A stretch of 64,000 bases of DNA from Eledone cirrhosa. Lineage: Eukaryota. Position numbers and translations under genes: made by a program. The stretch spans positions 29,264,001-29,328,000 of the forward strand of contig OZ024753.1 of assembly GCA_964016885.1 (NCBI GenBank), given 5' to 3'. Position 1 is the stretch's first letter. Each line of letters starts with the position of its first letter. The notes beneath the pieces were generated by a model, which did not search any database, was not told where the DNA came from, and worked only from the letters and a program-made list of their open reading frames with translations. Positions 47,001 through 64,000 of this stretch are shown piece after piece.

Positions 47001-47127
47001 TATATTGAACTCCTTTAACCATCTTTGGATCTTATATTATGCATACTCCAGTCCCACAAACTGTAGAGTGCTTCTTATCCGATATCTGCATTGCTTTATT
47101 GTACTACAATAAAACTCACCTCCTACA

Positions 47128-51629
<4,502 letters not shown>

Positions 51630-52262
51630 TATTGTTATACTTCGGGAGGGTCATGTTGCCAATAAGAAACACATGCACCAGTTGCTTTCACTTCAATTTA
51701 TTATAATAAATTTATAAATTTAGGAAGTTATAAATTTCCGGTTGTTTCGTTGGTTACACAACCAGATGGTTGTTTATATATTTTCAAAATTCTTTCGTCA
51801 CACATTCTGTGACCTCTTCTTTTCTTTGTTTTGTGCCTCTCCTTTGTTCTGTCCTACGCCATTTTATTTCTGTGTGTGTGTGTTGTGTGCTGAGTCTGGG
51901 CATGCGCCACATCCGGGTATCTGTGTGTGTTTATATTCGTTTATTTATTTGTTTATTTACATGTTACAGGTGGTTGTTTGTTCTATGTGTGTGTGTGTTT
52001 TCATTTTGTCCTTAATTGTAAGTTGTGATGTTGCTGTTCCACACATGTTTTCTATTTAATTTTGGTTGTAATTCTTTTATGTTTATTGCCTCTGTGATTT
52101 ATCTAAACATTGCGTCTTTTCTGTGTGGAGATTCTATTTTTATTTCTATGTTCTCTAATTTAACCTTATGTTCTATTTTAGCATTTTGGTAGAGTACAGA
52201 TGATTCTTTACTATCTTTACTATAAATGAACACTGGCGAGACCTTCAAGATAGTAAAGAATC
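51630..52262 (-). mobile_element. Naiad-like family 1 PLE 3' end with a short 5' inversion
   Basis: Reverse complement matches 16000-16593; deletion across the HHR 5' strand; 52220-52262 inverted. Confidence 0.85.
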
Positions 52263-52267
52263 ACACA

Positions 52268-52302
<35 letters not shown>

Positions 52303-52366
52303 CACACACCACACACACCCTCACTCTCTCTATATATAGAAAGAGTGAGAGGGAGAGACAGACAAT

Positions 52367-52408
<42 letters not shown>

Positions 52409-52671
52409 TTTACATATACACATAAAACTACTTGTATCTATATTATACATAGGCGCCACAAATTTAGGCATAAACAAGTAACATCTAAAGACTACCTAAA
52501 ATACACAAGAATAAACTATATCTATGTTTGTTCTTATGTCCCATAACTTAGCAGCGCAACAAAAAAGAGATTGATAAATTAAATACTGGGGTCGATATGA
52601 TCGATTAAATCATGGTGATGCCTCAGCAAGGCCGCAATATAATGACAGAAAGTATTACAATATCAGTATCA

Positions 52672-53253
52672 TCAGGTCGAGCTTGCTCGGCTTTCTACGA
52701 CAAGTTTCCTCCATCCATATCTGTCTCTCATAGCGTTTGCCAGTTCTTCCGCAGTGCATCCAGTATCGTCCTCAAGTTGCTTGACGTATGTCTTCTTGGG
52801 ACGACCAGCGTTTCTTGCTCCATGAGATGGACTCCATAACAACACATCTTCCTTGCTGCGCCAACAGTAGCCAGCAAATCTGAGTCTCTGTCCACGTATT
52901 GACCTGCTGATAGGTGGTATATTGCCATAGAGATCCTTATTTGTTGGGTGTTCCCTCCAAGACACGTTTAAAGCAGCGCGGGGCATACGTGTGTATGCCT
53001 CGTCTAGCTTTTTCTCCAGCTTCGACGTTAGCGTCCAAGTGATAGAGCCATAAACAAGCACAGATTCCACAGCAGCTCTGAAGAAATTCCTTTTCAGTTT
53101 AGCCGGCAGGTTTGATTTCCATATCTTTTCCATTGCATTCAATGGTCCCCAGGCTTTTCCCAGTCTGATGTTAACATCATGTTCTGTGGAGGCGATATAG
53201 CTACCCAGGTATTTGAAGTCGTCAACTTGCTTGATTATATCGCCGTTTAGACT
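52672..53253 (-). pseudogene. RTE-clade LINE RT C-terminal fragment
   Basis: [54 protein letters not shown]. Confidence 0.85.
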
Positions 53254-53269
53254 ATAATAATGGTTTCTA

Positions 53270-53450
53270 ATTTAGGCACGAGGCAAGATTAAATCAACCT
53301 CAGTACTTGAATAGTACATTATTTTATCGACCTCGTAAGGATGAAAGGCAAAGTTGACCTCGTCGGAGTTTGAATTGAAAATGTTAAGAGCCGTAACTAA
53401 ATACCGTAAATCATTTTATCCTACGCTCGAACGATTTTGCTACTCCACCA
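53270..53450 (-). mobile_element. SINE (gcctttcatcc core)
   Basis: attttatcgacc..aaggatgaaaggcaaagttgacctc. Confidence 0.75.
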
Positions 53451-53451
53451 C

Positions 53452-53535
<84 letters not shown>

Positions 53536-54239
53536 GTATGTATGTGCTTGGCAGTTTGTGCACATTCCACTATAAATAAATATATACGCATATACGTTTA
53601 CATTTCATGCAAATATCTAACATGTTTGTGAAGTATGTTGTAGAAAACCACGATTAGAATACCTCATGCAGAAATAATTGTTTGGTCAAGTCCACCGTAC
53701 ACAATATATGATGGTAATATATGATGGTAAAAGATATGCACATGTCGATAACATAAAATATTAACAAGGAGATACTCTAATATGATGCATTTTCGAAATA
53801 ATATCCACGTTAAAATGTCATTATACATCTGACCTGACTTGCAAGTGATTACTTTCCTTCATCTTTTTGTTAGATGTGAGAATAGATTCAGTTTTATATA
53901 TGTATTTCTTATATGTAATATTTTGCTTTCTTAAATACAATCTCCGTTTGTTCAAATATTTTTATATTTGGGGAGGGTCATGTTATAATATTGCCAGAAA
54001 TATATATTAAAATACACTAACTGTTTGGTTGGGGTTGGTTTTCGCTTGAGTATATTTTATATTTGTATAATTAATTCAGCTGGCAATCAATGTTTATCAT
54101 TGATTGATCAACAGTTAAAATATAGATATAAATATAGATATAAATATAGTTTCTCAAAGAGTTCTTTGTTACACGCCCGTTGTACTGGTGTAACGTTTTC
54201 ATATACACATTTCCAAAATGTTCTCGTCATTAAATATTA

Positions 54240-54567
54240 TCTATATATCTAAAACAAAGAATGCCTGTCTGTCTGTCCAATCACTAAAACTCGAGAACAA
54301 CCCAACCCATTGTTTTCAAACTTTACACATGTAATACTTTTGGTCCTGCGAGTGTTTTGCGCAAACGAAATTTCAAATTTTCAATGCCCTAGGAACCGCA
54401 TTAGGCGATTTAGCGATCTCTCTCTCTCTCTCTCTCTCATAGTCTTTCTCTTTTTAGATCGATACATAGATATAACGTCGCGCCCTTATATCTGTCTGTA
54501 TGCCTGGCTGTCTGTATTACGTCATTATGACGCGATCAGTGTGTGTGTATATATATATGTATATATA

Positions 54568-54643
<76 letters not shown>

Positions 54644-54996
54644 TCTTATGCCAGGGAACGTGTTCACAAACTAAAGTATCGTCTTCCTGTTTTCCTTCGG
54701 TTGCAACGTTTTTCGAAATATTTACATCTGCGTTCACAGATTGATTTTTTTAGTTTCAGAAGATCCCGTTAAGGTTGAAAGCAGCGATTCAGTGCTTAAA
54801 CTTTAATATGTCATTTTAATATATATTCGTGTACAGATATTTTTGCATACACAATAACAAAACAGATATTTTTGCATTCACAATAACAAAATATAAACAA
54901 ACGTATTTATTTCACGAGGCTCGATAAGGATAAATATATATCAAATATATAAGACCCCTAGAGCAAATCTCGAGCAACGTCGGGCCATTCTGCTAG
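54240..54996 (+). mobile_element. Non-autonomous Helitron
   Basis: A|TCTATATATC start, (CTGT)n, 3' hairpin ctcgagcaacgtcggg, CTAG|T end. Confidence 0.75.
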
Positions 54997-55456
54997 TTGT
55001 TACTAAAATAACATTAATCAATGCTGCTAAGATATATAACATACATCTAATATGGATGTAATGTCTGAAAGCAACGATACTATGACAGTGATAAACAAAT
55101 TAGTTCTTGATATGGAAAGATAAAATCTCCAACGAGCAGGAGATAACTTCTTGTGACATCGTAAAATAAATCATCTACTTTCCTTTTAATTTTGTTTATT
55201 TCTATTTTGATTAGGGAAAGTATACAGTATGGTTGCGTTTTTTTTATGAGTGTATTTTTTTTTTTTTTTTTTGTAGCAAGATGTTGTGCACATTGCCATT
55301 GGAAGGTCTTTGGGGCAGACAATATCGACGCATATTTAGGATCTTTTTCATCAGCGGCAAGTTGACAGCTGGGAAGGATATCCAGACGAATGTCCTTCAG
55401 ATGATGAAGGTTTAGAGGAAATGGCTAATGCGGGACTTTATTTATTTATTTATATA

Positions 55457-55514
<58 letters not shown>

Positions 55515-55529
55515 GAATTTAATATAGAA

Positions 55530-55638
55530 ATGGCTTTTACAGGACTAGAACTGTTTCATTCCTGTAGAAGCCATTTCTATATTAAATTTGTATTGAGTAC
55601 CTTACTTACTGTGTTTACCCCCCGATTGAACCCGGGAC

Positions 55639-55640
<2 letters not shown>
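55530..55640 (+). mobile_element. Family A PLE-type end, tiny fold-back with a partial HHR
   Basis: Matches 4488-4580; inverted arm at 55518-55545. Confidence 0.7.
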
Positions 55641-55669
<29 letters not shown>

Positions 55670-56465
55670 TATGAGATCTTTATTAAGGAATCTAGTGGCG
55701 TTCGAAACAAATTAAAAGGGACAAACCAGGAAAGGAATAGAAGCCGTGTCGTAGAATTCTTCCCTTCATTGGAAAGTTACTTCCGGTTTGAACCACTCAT
55801 CACTAAACACCACCCTCAACTATTTTGTTACGCACCACCTGTGCTCCTTACATTAAGTAGAATATATAAGATAACAAACACAGCGCTCCATCGATATCTA
55901 TGATTGGGGCTAAAGTAAAAACCAAAATCCAGCTGTTAGAAGCATGAAATAATTGAGATTGTTCCTTAAGATATACGATGGTAGTTTACAGATAGTTGAT
56001 AAGAAGACATAGAAGGTGAAATTTAATCGCTTGTCTACTTATAAAGAGAGGGGCGAAACATTTCCATTGTTATCATAAAATGAGATCTCTGTCAAAGTAA
56101 AGTATCCTTTGTTGTACTTACTTATAAAAAGTAACAACAAAAAAATAAACCCAAATAAAAGTGAATTTATCTTTATCTAATTTAAACAAATGTGCTTTAG
56201 AGATATAAATGTGCCCTCTCTTCTTTTTACGAATAAGAGAGGGGTTCAGTTTATAGCATTATTTATAGTGTTTTCAGAATTACCTTCTTGCCAGTAGAGG
56301 GATAAATATATTGTTGATAATAGGGGCCTTGAATATGACTAAAGTAACAAAATAAGATAGGAAAGTCAACACTAATTTGAAATGGTGACAGCCTACATAT
56401 ATATATATATCGGCATTGCTTCATATTTATGCAACAGATACACATACATTTATACATACATACAC

Positions 56466-56513
<48 letters not shown>

Positions 56514-57227
56514 TATTTGATAATATACTGTATGTTTAATTAAAAACATTTTGAAGACCATATATATATATATATATATAGTAACGTTTATATGTTATAT
56601 CAAAGACAATTTATCACTCGAGGAGTTCCACAAGTCTAGATACCATCCAGGGTAATTCTCTCCACCTCATTTCTGAAACCTGTATCGATACTGATCATTG
56701 CATTGGTCAGTATCTTTATTTGGAACAAATATACTTCACTGAAAGTTATACTTTAGTTATACTTTACTGAAAGTTGCTAAAAAAAAACATCCAGAATTTT
56801 ACACATATATACTATTGCATGCCTTTTAGTTTCTAAACTCATAACTTTTCTAGTAAATCATATAGAAAAAATAACACTCATAATTGCTGGATTATTTCCA
56901 AATTCTTTATAAATCTTTCTATAGAGTTAGAGAAAACTATTCGGTTGGTTGTCTATAAATTTTTGTTACGAAGTGAATAAATATTATTCTTGGAAATATT
57001 ATCTAAATCATACTGCTATTTTTTTTATACTACTAAATAAATTCAAAGACCGTTATTAGGGCCGTGGAATGTATTAAAATCAGAAATGCTAGCTGAATCT
57101 ATGATTTTGTGTAATATGTAATATTAGCTCCTATGGTCACATATTTTATCAGTAAAGTTTTATTTAATGAAACAAGAATTTTTCTCGGTTTTCAAATTAC
57201 GTTATTAATATCTCAGGATGATAAATT

Positions 57228-57421
57228 CAGATCTGCCAACCTTTAAGAACCCAATCGGGGAGTAACATGAAAAAGGTGACCCAAAACGGGGAGAAATGAA
57301 GCAAAATCGGAAGATTTTACATAATGAAAGCTATACCCATTTTGACAAGAGAAGACATCTCTCACACACCCCAAAGTGGGTGGGAGATCTTCCCACCGGA
57401 CGGAAAAAGTTGACAGGTCTG
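57228..57421. mobile_element. MITE (CAG..TGCCAAC termini, hAT-like)
   Basis: cagatctgccaac / gttgacaggtctg; second copy at 58057-58223. Confidence 0.6.
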
Positions 57422-58056
57422 TAGGTTTTGTTGAATGATTCCATGATGTTCAGGTAGACCATATCTATATTAAATTTACTGAGCAGGAGTTATGAATAGA
57501 CAATGAGAATATTTAAAAAAGCTGTTTGAAGCAGCCTGTTTATCATTAAACAGAAATTGTAAGAATTTATACATAGATTCTCATTGATTGATTTTCTATA
57601 ATGTTATCAATTTCTCATAATCCATTCAATAACTCTCTTGAGATATTGGATCAATGGAAACAAATCTATTATTTTTTTCTTATTCAATCTTTTATCAATA
57701 AAGTTTATCACACGTTCATCACTTCATCCAAGATGCGCTTACGTTATTTGTTGAAGTTTTCTCAGATATTCTTACAAATGTATTAGGATGAATGTGTACG
57801 CCACAGATGGCGTTTCAGAAATCACACATCACTTATGTAATTTAACTATTTCAAATTGTTGCTAAATTGAAATAATGTCCATTGTCTCAGCGTGAATATG
57901 TTTTATGATTAAAAAAATCTTCATTTGTCTATGATCGTACGTGTATCTTCTTACACTCTCAATCTATCTATTCAATGATGTCAAACAACATTAATTTCCG
58001 ATGAGTAATACTCGTGAAAACTGGAGATATTTCACGTCCTCGGCGGAGACTAATAT

Positions 58057-58223
58057 AAGACCAGCCAACCTCTAAAAACCCAAACGGGGAGTACCATGAA
58101 AAACGTGCTCCAAAACCGGGAAAAATGGGGCAATACCCATTTTCACAAGAGAAGACATTTCTCACCCACCCCAAAGTTGGACTGGGAGATATCTCTGTTG
58201 GACTGGGAGAGTTTCCAAGTCTG
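58057..58223. mobile_element. Second, diverged copy of the MITE at 57228
   Basis: Shared ggggagta.catgaaaa, acaagagaagacat.tctcac, ccccaaagt. Confidence 0.6.
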
Positions 58224-58274
<51 letters not shown>

Positions 58275-58832
58275 AAATATAAAACAATCAAATTTTGGCA
58301 ACATAAGAATGAAGGGCTCATTCTACTGACATGGCTTTAAAAATGAGGCTTGTTTGCATAATTGCAAACGAATCGAACATTATTATTAATATTCGAAAAA
58401 CTCAGATTACATTTATTGTATTCAGCCATGTATACCGAACATTTTTTTTTTCCAATGTGGCAAAGCCGGCCATTTAATCGCTCGTACCCAGGAAACTGAC
58501 TGGCCAGTCTGCTGATATGCAAATCTGGCTGATCAGTGGATCTGCTAATATGCAAATCAGGCCGATCAGTCACTGGATATTTTAGAAAATAGCATATATT
58601 TTCACTAGCTCTGACAGTTGGCAGGTTAACAGTGAGCTGTACTGATGAAGGGGGATACCCAGCAACATTAGTGTCTGCAGTTCTGTTTGCATGCCAACAT
58701 AAGAGCAAGAATGAGGGGCCCATTCTACTGACGTGGCTTTAAAAATGAGGCTTGTTTACATAATTGCAAACGAATCGAATATTATTATTAATATTTTAAA
58801 AACTCAGATTACACACGCACACACACACACAC

Positions 58833-58871
<39 letters not shown>

Positions 58872-59389
58872 CTTATACTCGTTAATAGCCAGCACAGACA
58901 ACTATTTGTTTCATTTCATTTGACAGACATTACATAATAGAAATTATAGAAAGAAATGAATCTAGTAACTTCTCAATAAAGAGAATCATATTGAGTTTGG
59001 TTCTTGAGAAAATCATGTAGATATAACTCGACAGGAATATTCTTTTATAAGGATTCAGTGAAGATATTCAAGAGTAATACTATGACTAAAGAACTAACTA
59101 AAATATTTCAACTATTTCTGAATATATCTTAATAAATATCGCAAAATAATGACGGCTAAGCCGACTGTATTATGATTCACAAAACTGTCGGCTTCATACT
59201 GATATCAGAATAAACTAAATAAAATAGACATACTGCTGTTGATACTATTGTTATAACTACAGATCTATATACTACTATATATAAATATATGTATATATAT
59301 ATATATATGTGTGTATGTGTGTTTGTGTGTGTGCATATGTATATATTATATATCACTATACAGATACATAGACACAACCTCATAAATAT

Positions 59390-59447
<58 letters not shown>

Positions 59448-59457
59448 AACCAGTAAG

Positions 59458-59551
59458 ACCCCGACAGCTGAGCTCAAGCCGTTTCGACGGCTAGTTCTGG
59501 ACTAAATGAAAATTTATCCTAGTATTTAAATAGCCGATCTTCTCAAGGGGT
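59458..59551 (-). ncRNA. Variant hammerhead ribozyme (mirror copy)
   Basis: Reverse complement of 60101-60194 with two substitutions. Confidence 0.7.
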
Positions 59552-60100
59552 AATTCCATATATGGTCAAAGTGATTGTCAAAAATCAGTAGTAATTCTGT
59601 GGTTGCAAATTAGTAGGGGAGATGGTGGCTAAACCTGCCAGTAGGAGAAAGAGGGGAGGGGGTGGAGTAGACCCAATCAAGCGTTGGTAGTGCCAGCTAC
59701 AGCTGGGCATGAGGTCAAAGAAGATACAGGGGAGGGGGAGGGGGAGGAAGTCGGAACGGTAGGTAGAACAATGGGGGGTAGAAATAGGAAAGAAAAAAAA
59801 AAAAATACTGAGAGTGAAGAAAGGCAAATAAGTGTAAAGAAAAGTAAAGTTTTTTTTTTCTTTCCTATTTCTACCCCCCATTGTTCTACCTACCGTTCCG
59901 ACTTCCTCCCCCTCCCCCTCCCCTGTATCTTCTTTGACCTCATGCCCAGCTGTAGCTGGCACTACCAACGCTTGATTGGGTCTACTCCACCCCCTCCCCT
60001 CTTTCTCCTACTGGCAGGTTTAGCCACCATCTCCCCTACTAATTTGCAACCACAGAATTACTACTGATTTTTGACAATCACTTTGACCATATATGGAATT

Positions 60101-60194
60101 ACCCCTTGAGAAGATCGGCTATTTAAATACCAGGATAAATTTTCATTTAGTCCAGAATTAGCCGTCGAAACGGCTTGAGCTCAGCTGTCGGGGT
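60101..60194 (+). ncRNA. Hammerhead ribozyme with U3-A8 covariant core
   Basis: acccc-TTGAGAA-gatcggcta...tagccgtc-GAAA-cggct tgagctc agctg-TC-ggggt. Confidence 0.72.
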
Positions 60195-60285
60195 CTTACT
60201 GGTTCCTATTACCCACTCTACTACCTCAAGTATTGAGTACTTTGGTGCGTTATGGTCCACCTGGTTCCTTACCACATTTCCTTCG

Positions 60286-60322
<37 letters not shown>

Positions 60323-60421
60323 GTTGTGTATATGTATCTGTATAGTGATATATAATATATATATATATTATATGTGTGTGCGTGTGTGTATAATCTCATA
60401 TATATATATATATATATACGT

Positions 60422-60619
60422 AGGTCCCGGGTTGAGTCGGGGATAACCACAGTAAGTAAGGTACTCAATACATGGCAGAGTAAATTTTTTTTATTTTATA
60501 GAAGGAGCTTCTACAGGACTAGTACTGTTTCATTCAGATGAAATCTTCAGGAAGCTTCCTGAAGATTTCATCTGAATGAAACAGTACTAGTCCTGTAGAA
60601 GCTCCTTCTATAAAATAAA

Positions 60620-60623
<4 letters not shown>
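60422..60623. mobile_element. Family A fold-back with back-to-back HHRs (60506-60556 minus, 60553-60603 plus)
   Basis: agcttc-CTGAAGA-tttcatctgaat-GAAA-cag tactagtc ctg-TA-gaagct; palindrome centre aagctt. Confidence 0.85.
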
Positions 60624-60666
<43 letters not shown>

Positions 60667-60933
60667 CAATGGAAATGAAATTTGGTTATATTTATCATTC
60701 CTAGGTATTTCGGATAAATTATCCATTTTCAGGGGAGGGTACAGATGTGCCTCCATATCTCTTGCATTATATATATATATATATAATAACATAATAAGCG
60801 ACACAATATAATTATTCCATTACCAAAGGTTTCAAGAAACTAGACGATTTTTACAGAAATGTCTAGCACGTTCATCTGAGCACCCGTTTTCCTTTACCTT
60901 TTCTACTGAAATACTTAACACGTATATATATAA

Positions 60934-60970
<37 letters not shown>

Positions 60971-61058
60971 TGTGTGTGTGTGTGTGTGTGTGTGTCTGTG
61001 TGTCTCTGTGTGTGTGTGTGTGTGTGTGCGTGCCTGCGTGCGTGCGTGTGTGCGTGCC

Positions 61059-61125
<67 letters not shown>
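60934..61125. repeat. (TG)n/(TGCG)n microsatellite
   Basis: Direct inspection. Confidence 0.95.
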
Positions 61126-61482
61126 ATATATATTAATGTACATACATATGAATATATATATATATTCATATCAATGTATGTGTGCTACTTAGATACATAA
61201 TAATTTAATAACTATATTGTATTACAGTATATTATACTAATTATATTATATTATTCAAGTAAAACAGAAAAGAGAACAATAATAAGTGTCCGAGATGTTT
61301 TTAAATATTTTAAATGCTCCAAACTCAGTTTCTTTTCTGCCGAAGCAAAATCCTATCAAATTCAAGTCGAGTTCAAGAATTTCTGGAAATGTTTCCTGTA
61401 TCGCATTTTCTTTGTAATTTCGTCGTAACAACCTAATATTTAAACACTCATACACATAGGCACACATTATATATATATATTT

Positions 61483-61870
61483 ACGGTGGATTGGCAGTAT
61501 CGGTAGAGAGTCGGACGCCATGCTTTCCAACATAGTTACGTCCCTTTACGGTCTGAGTTCAAATCCCGCCGAGGTTAACTTTGCCTTTCATCCTTACGGG
61601 GTCGATAAAATAAAGTACCAGTAATGTACTGGGTAATTGCTGGCCTTGTGCCAAAAGTAGAAACAATTATATATATATAGGGCTGTGGATTGTCAGTATC
61701 GATAGAGAGTAGGACGCCATGCTTTCCAGCATAGTTACGTCCCTTTACGGTCTGAGTTCAAATCCCGCCGAGGTTAACTTTGCCTTTCATCCTTACGGGG
61801 TCGCGTAAAATAAAGTACCAGTAATACACTGGGTAATTTCTGGCCTTGTACCAAAAGTAGAAACAATTAT
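61483..61870 (+). mobile_element. Two tandem copies of a tRNA-derived SINE (61483-61667, 61681-61870)
   Basis: B box gagttcaaatcc; core gttaactttgcctttcatccttacggggtcg. Confidence 0.8.
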
Positions 61871-62764
61871 TAGAATATATTTATTTATTTGTTATATATT
61901 TATGCATTCATACATGGAGTCATACGCTTATATATCTATATATGTGCCTGTGAGTGGGAAAGAGGGAGAGAGAGAGAGAGAAAGAGAGAGACAGAAAGAG
62001 AGAGAGAGAGGGAGAGAGAAAGAGAAAGTGAGTGAGTGAGAGAGCGAAAGAGAAAGGAAGAGAGTGAGATAAATAAAGAGACTGTGTGTGTGCGTGTGTG
62101 TGTGCATATCTATGTGTAAGCGGCTGTGTGTGTATATGCCAATACACATGCTAACTCTTTTACTTATATATAATTATATATCTATCAATTCTTAAATCAA
62201 ATCATCTATTCCTGGATTAACTTATATAATTATTTTCCCTTATCGCACAGATTTCTCTCCCCTTTTTTTATGTCGTTTCCTCATTCAAAATTCAAAGCAT
62301 TTCTACTGAATATAGAAACGATTTTGTAATTTCCATTTGAAAATATCTTACCCGTTCATATCTTCTGCGTTCGGGATATTTTCTATAAGATTGTAATCAT
62401 GTTATAATAAGAATATGTATGTATGTGTATATATATATATATATATACACATACATACATATTCTTATTATAACATGATTACAATCGTGTGTGTGTGTGT
62501 GTATATATATATATATTTTGAAATACTGTTTGCTTCATGCTCACAATAATTTCTATACTTTCATTTATATATATATATATAGATATAGATGTGAGAAAAA
62601 CCACAGACCCTCCATCTCAATTTTACTTTTGAAAAGCACAAGAACTGCGAAACCGATCAAGGAACCAAATAAATATGTTTTTTTTTTAAAAAGACTCCAG
62701 CTGCATTTTCGATTTCATCTTTTTTCCTTATATATATATATATATATACCTATATATATATATA

Positions 62765-62931
<167 letters not shown>

Positions 62932-62954
62932 ATATATATATATATATATATATA

Positions 62955-63063
<109 letters not shown>

Positions 63064-63088
63064 ATATATATATATATATATATATATA

Positions 63089-63277
63089 GGAACCAGTAAA
63101 ACCCCGACAGCTGAGCTCAAGCCGTTTCGACGGCTAATTCTCATTAGAATTAGCCGTCGAAACGGCTTGAGCTCAGCTGTCGGGGTCTTACTGGTTCCTA
63201 TTACCCACTCTACTACCTCAAGTATTGAGTACTTTGGTGCGTTATGGTCCACCTGGTTCCTTACCACATTTCCTTCG

Positions 63278-63279
<2 letters not shown>
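63089..63279. mobile_element. Short fold-back copy of family C
   Basis: Arms 63089-63142 and 63146-63200 plus the same 80-nt tail as 60209-60288. Confidence 0.85.
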
Positions 63280-63338
<59 letters not shown>

Positions 63339-64000
63339 TAACAGATTAAAGTTTAAGCAAAGAATCGCTGCTTTCACCCTTAACGGGATCTTCTGAAACT
63401 AACAAAGTCAATCTGTAAACGCAGAAGTGGATATTTCAAAAAACGTTGCAACCGGAGGAAGACAGGAAGACGATACTTTGGTTCATGGTGACGTTCCCTG
63501 GCAAAGAACGGGAAAAAACGAATATATACGTCATTAATAGGAGCGGTGAAAAACAATTACGCGCAAAGACAGAACCACGTTTATGGTATAAAAGAGGTCG
63601 TAGACTAATGTTCTCTTAGGTGGTGCATAGAGACGTTCTCTGGCAATGAACGAAAAAAACGAAGATAATACGTCATATGTGGAGCGGGGAGAAAACCACG
63701 CAAAGACAAAACCACGTAAATGGTATAGCAGAAGTCGTAGACTAAAATTCTAACTAGGAGACCGAATGAATCTCCGCTACAGAGTTAAGAACAAAGTAAA
63801 TAAATACAATACAGAAGTAATAGAAATAAATAAATACATACACGCAAACAAATACGTACATACACAAGCATACGCAAAAACTTACCATAGGTAAACAAAA
63901 CCACGCACATATAAATATGTGTATGTGTGTGTATGCGTGTATACAAATAAATAAATAATTATATAAACGTATATAAATAAATAAATACGTATATAACAAG

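Larger units (their letters stand above)
41376..47127. mobile_element. YRDDG-type PLE fold-back: arms 41376-44116 and 44298-47038, spacer about 180 bp, tail 47039-47127
   Basis: ORFs 42708-44126(-) and 44276-45706(+) are nearly identical mirror images. Confidence 0.95.
59446..60288. mobile_element. Non-coding PLE-type fold-back (family C): arms about 350 bp centred on 59826, tail 60209-60288
   Basis: Mirror symmetry; HHR in each arm; (TA)n flanks. Confidence 0.85.

Noticed and set aside
53960-54230. Additional hammerhead relics (also near 1540-1610, 8146 and 59150-59210)
   Set aside because: Cores too degenerate to fold with confidence, although 53960-54060 resembles an old PLE 3' end.
59585-60067. 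Twin 127-aa ORFs on opposite strands
   Set aside because: By-product of the palindrome; no recognisable domain.

Overview
Gene-free, very AT-rich eukaryotic window. The SINE families and (TA)n landscape look octopus/cephalopod-like, which is inference only. Roughly a third is (TA)n/(TACA)n microsatellite, and there is a 200-N gap. No host gene is evident; the YIYIYI-type ORFs are microsatellite artefacts. The microsatellite arrays hold a dense community of Penelope-like retroelements (PLEs; RT plus GIY-YIG endonuclease) from at least five protein-coding families, plus several short non-coding families. All appear 5'-truncated or disrupted. About eleven distinct families each carry a type-I hammerhead ribozyme (HHR) that I could fold by hand. 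These include variant cores (U3-A8 covariation, U4C) and very long stem II insertions. Many insertions are fold-backs: an inverted arm (50 bp to 2.7 kb) plus a main copy that alone carries a 35-120 nt 3' tail. A 463-bp tandem repeat with one HHR per unit resembles a non-LTR retrozyme. Also present: two non-autonomous Helitrons (one inserted cleanly at A|T inside a PLE arm and carrying 14 tandem mariner-like MITEs), a TIR element with GC-rich cargo, R4/Dong-like, RTE and mariner fragments, and tRNA-derived SINEs. All folds, alignments and coordinates were done by eye; clade names are tentative.
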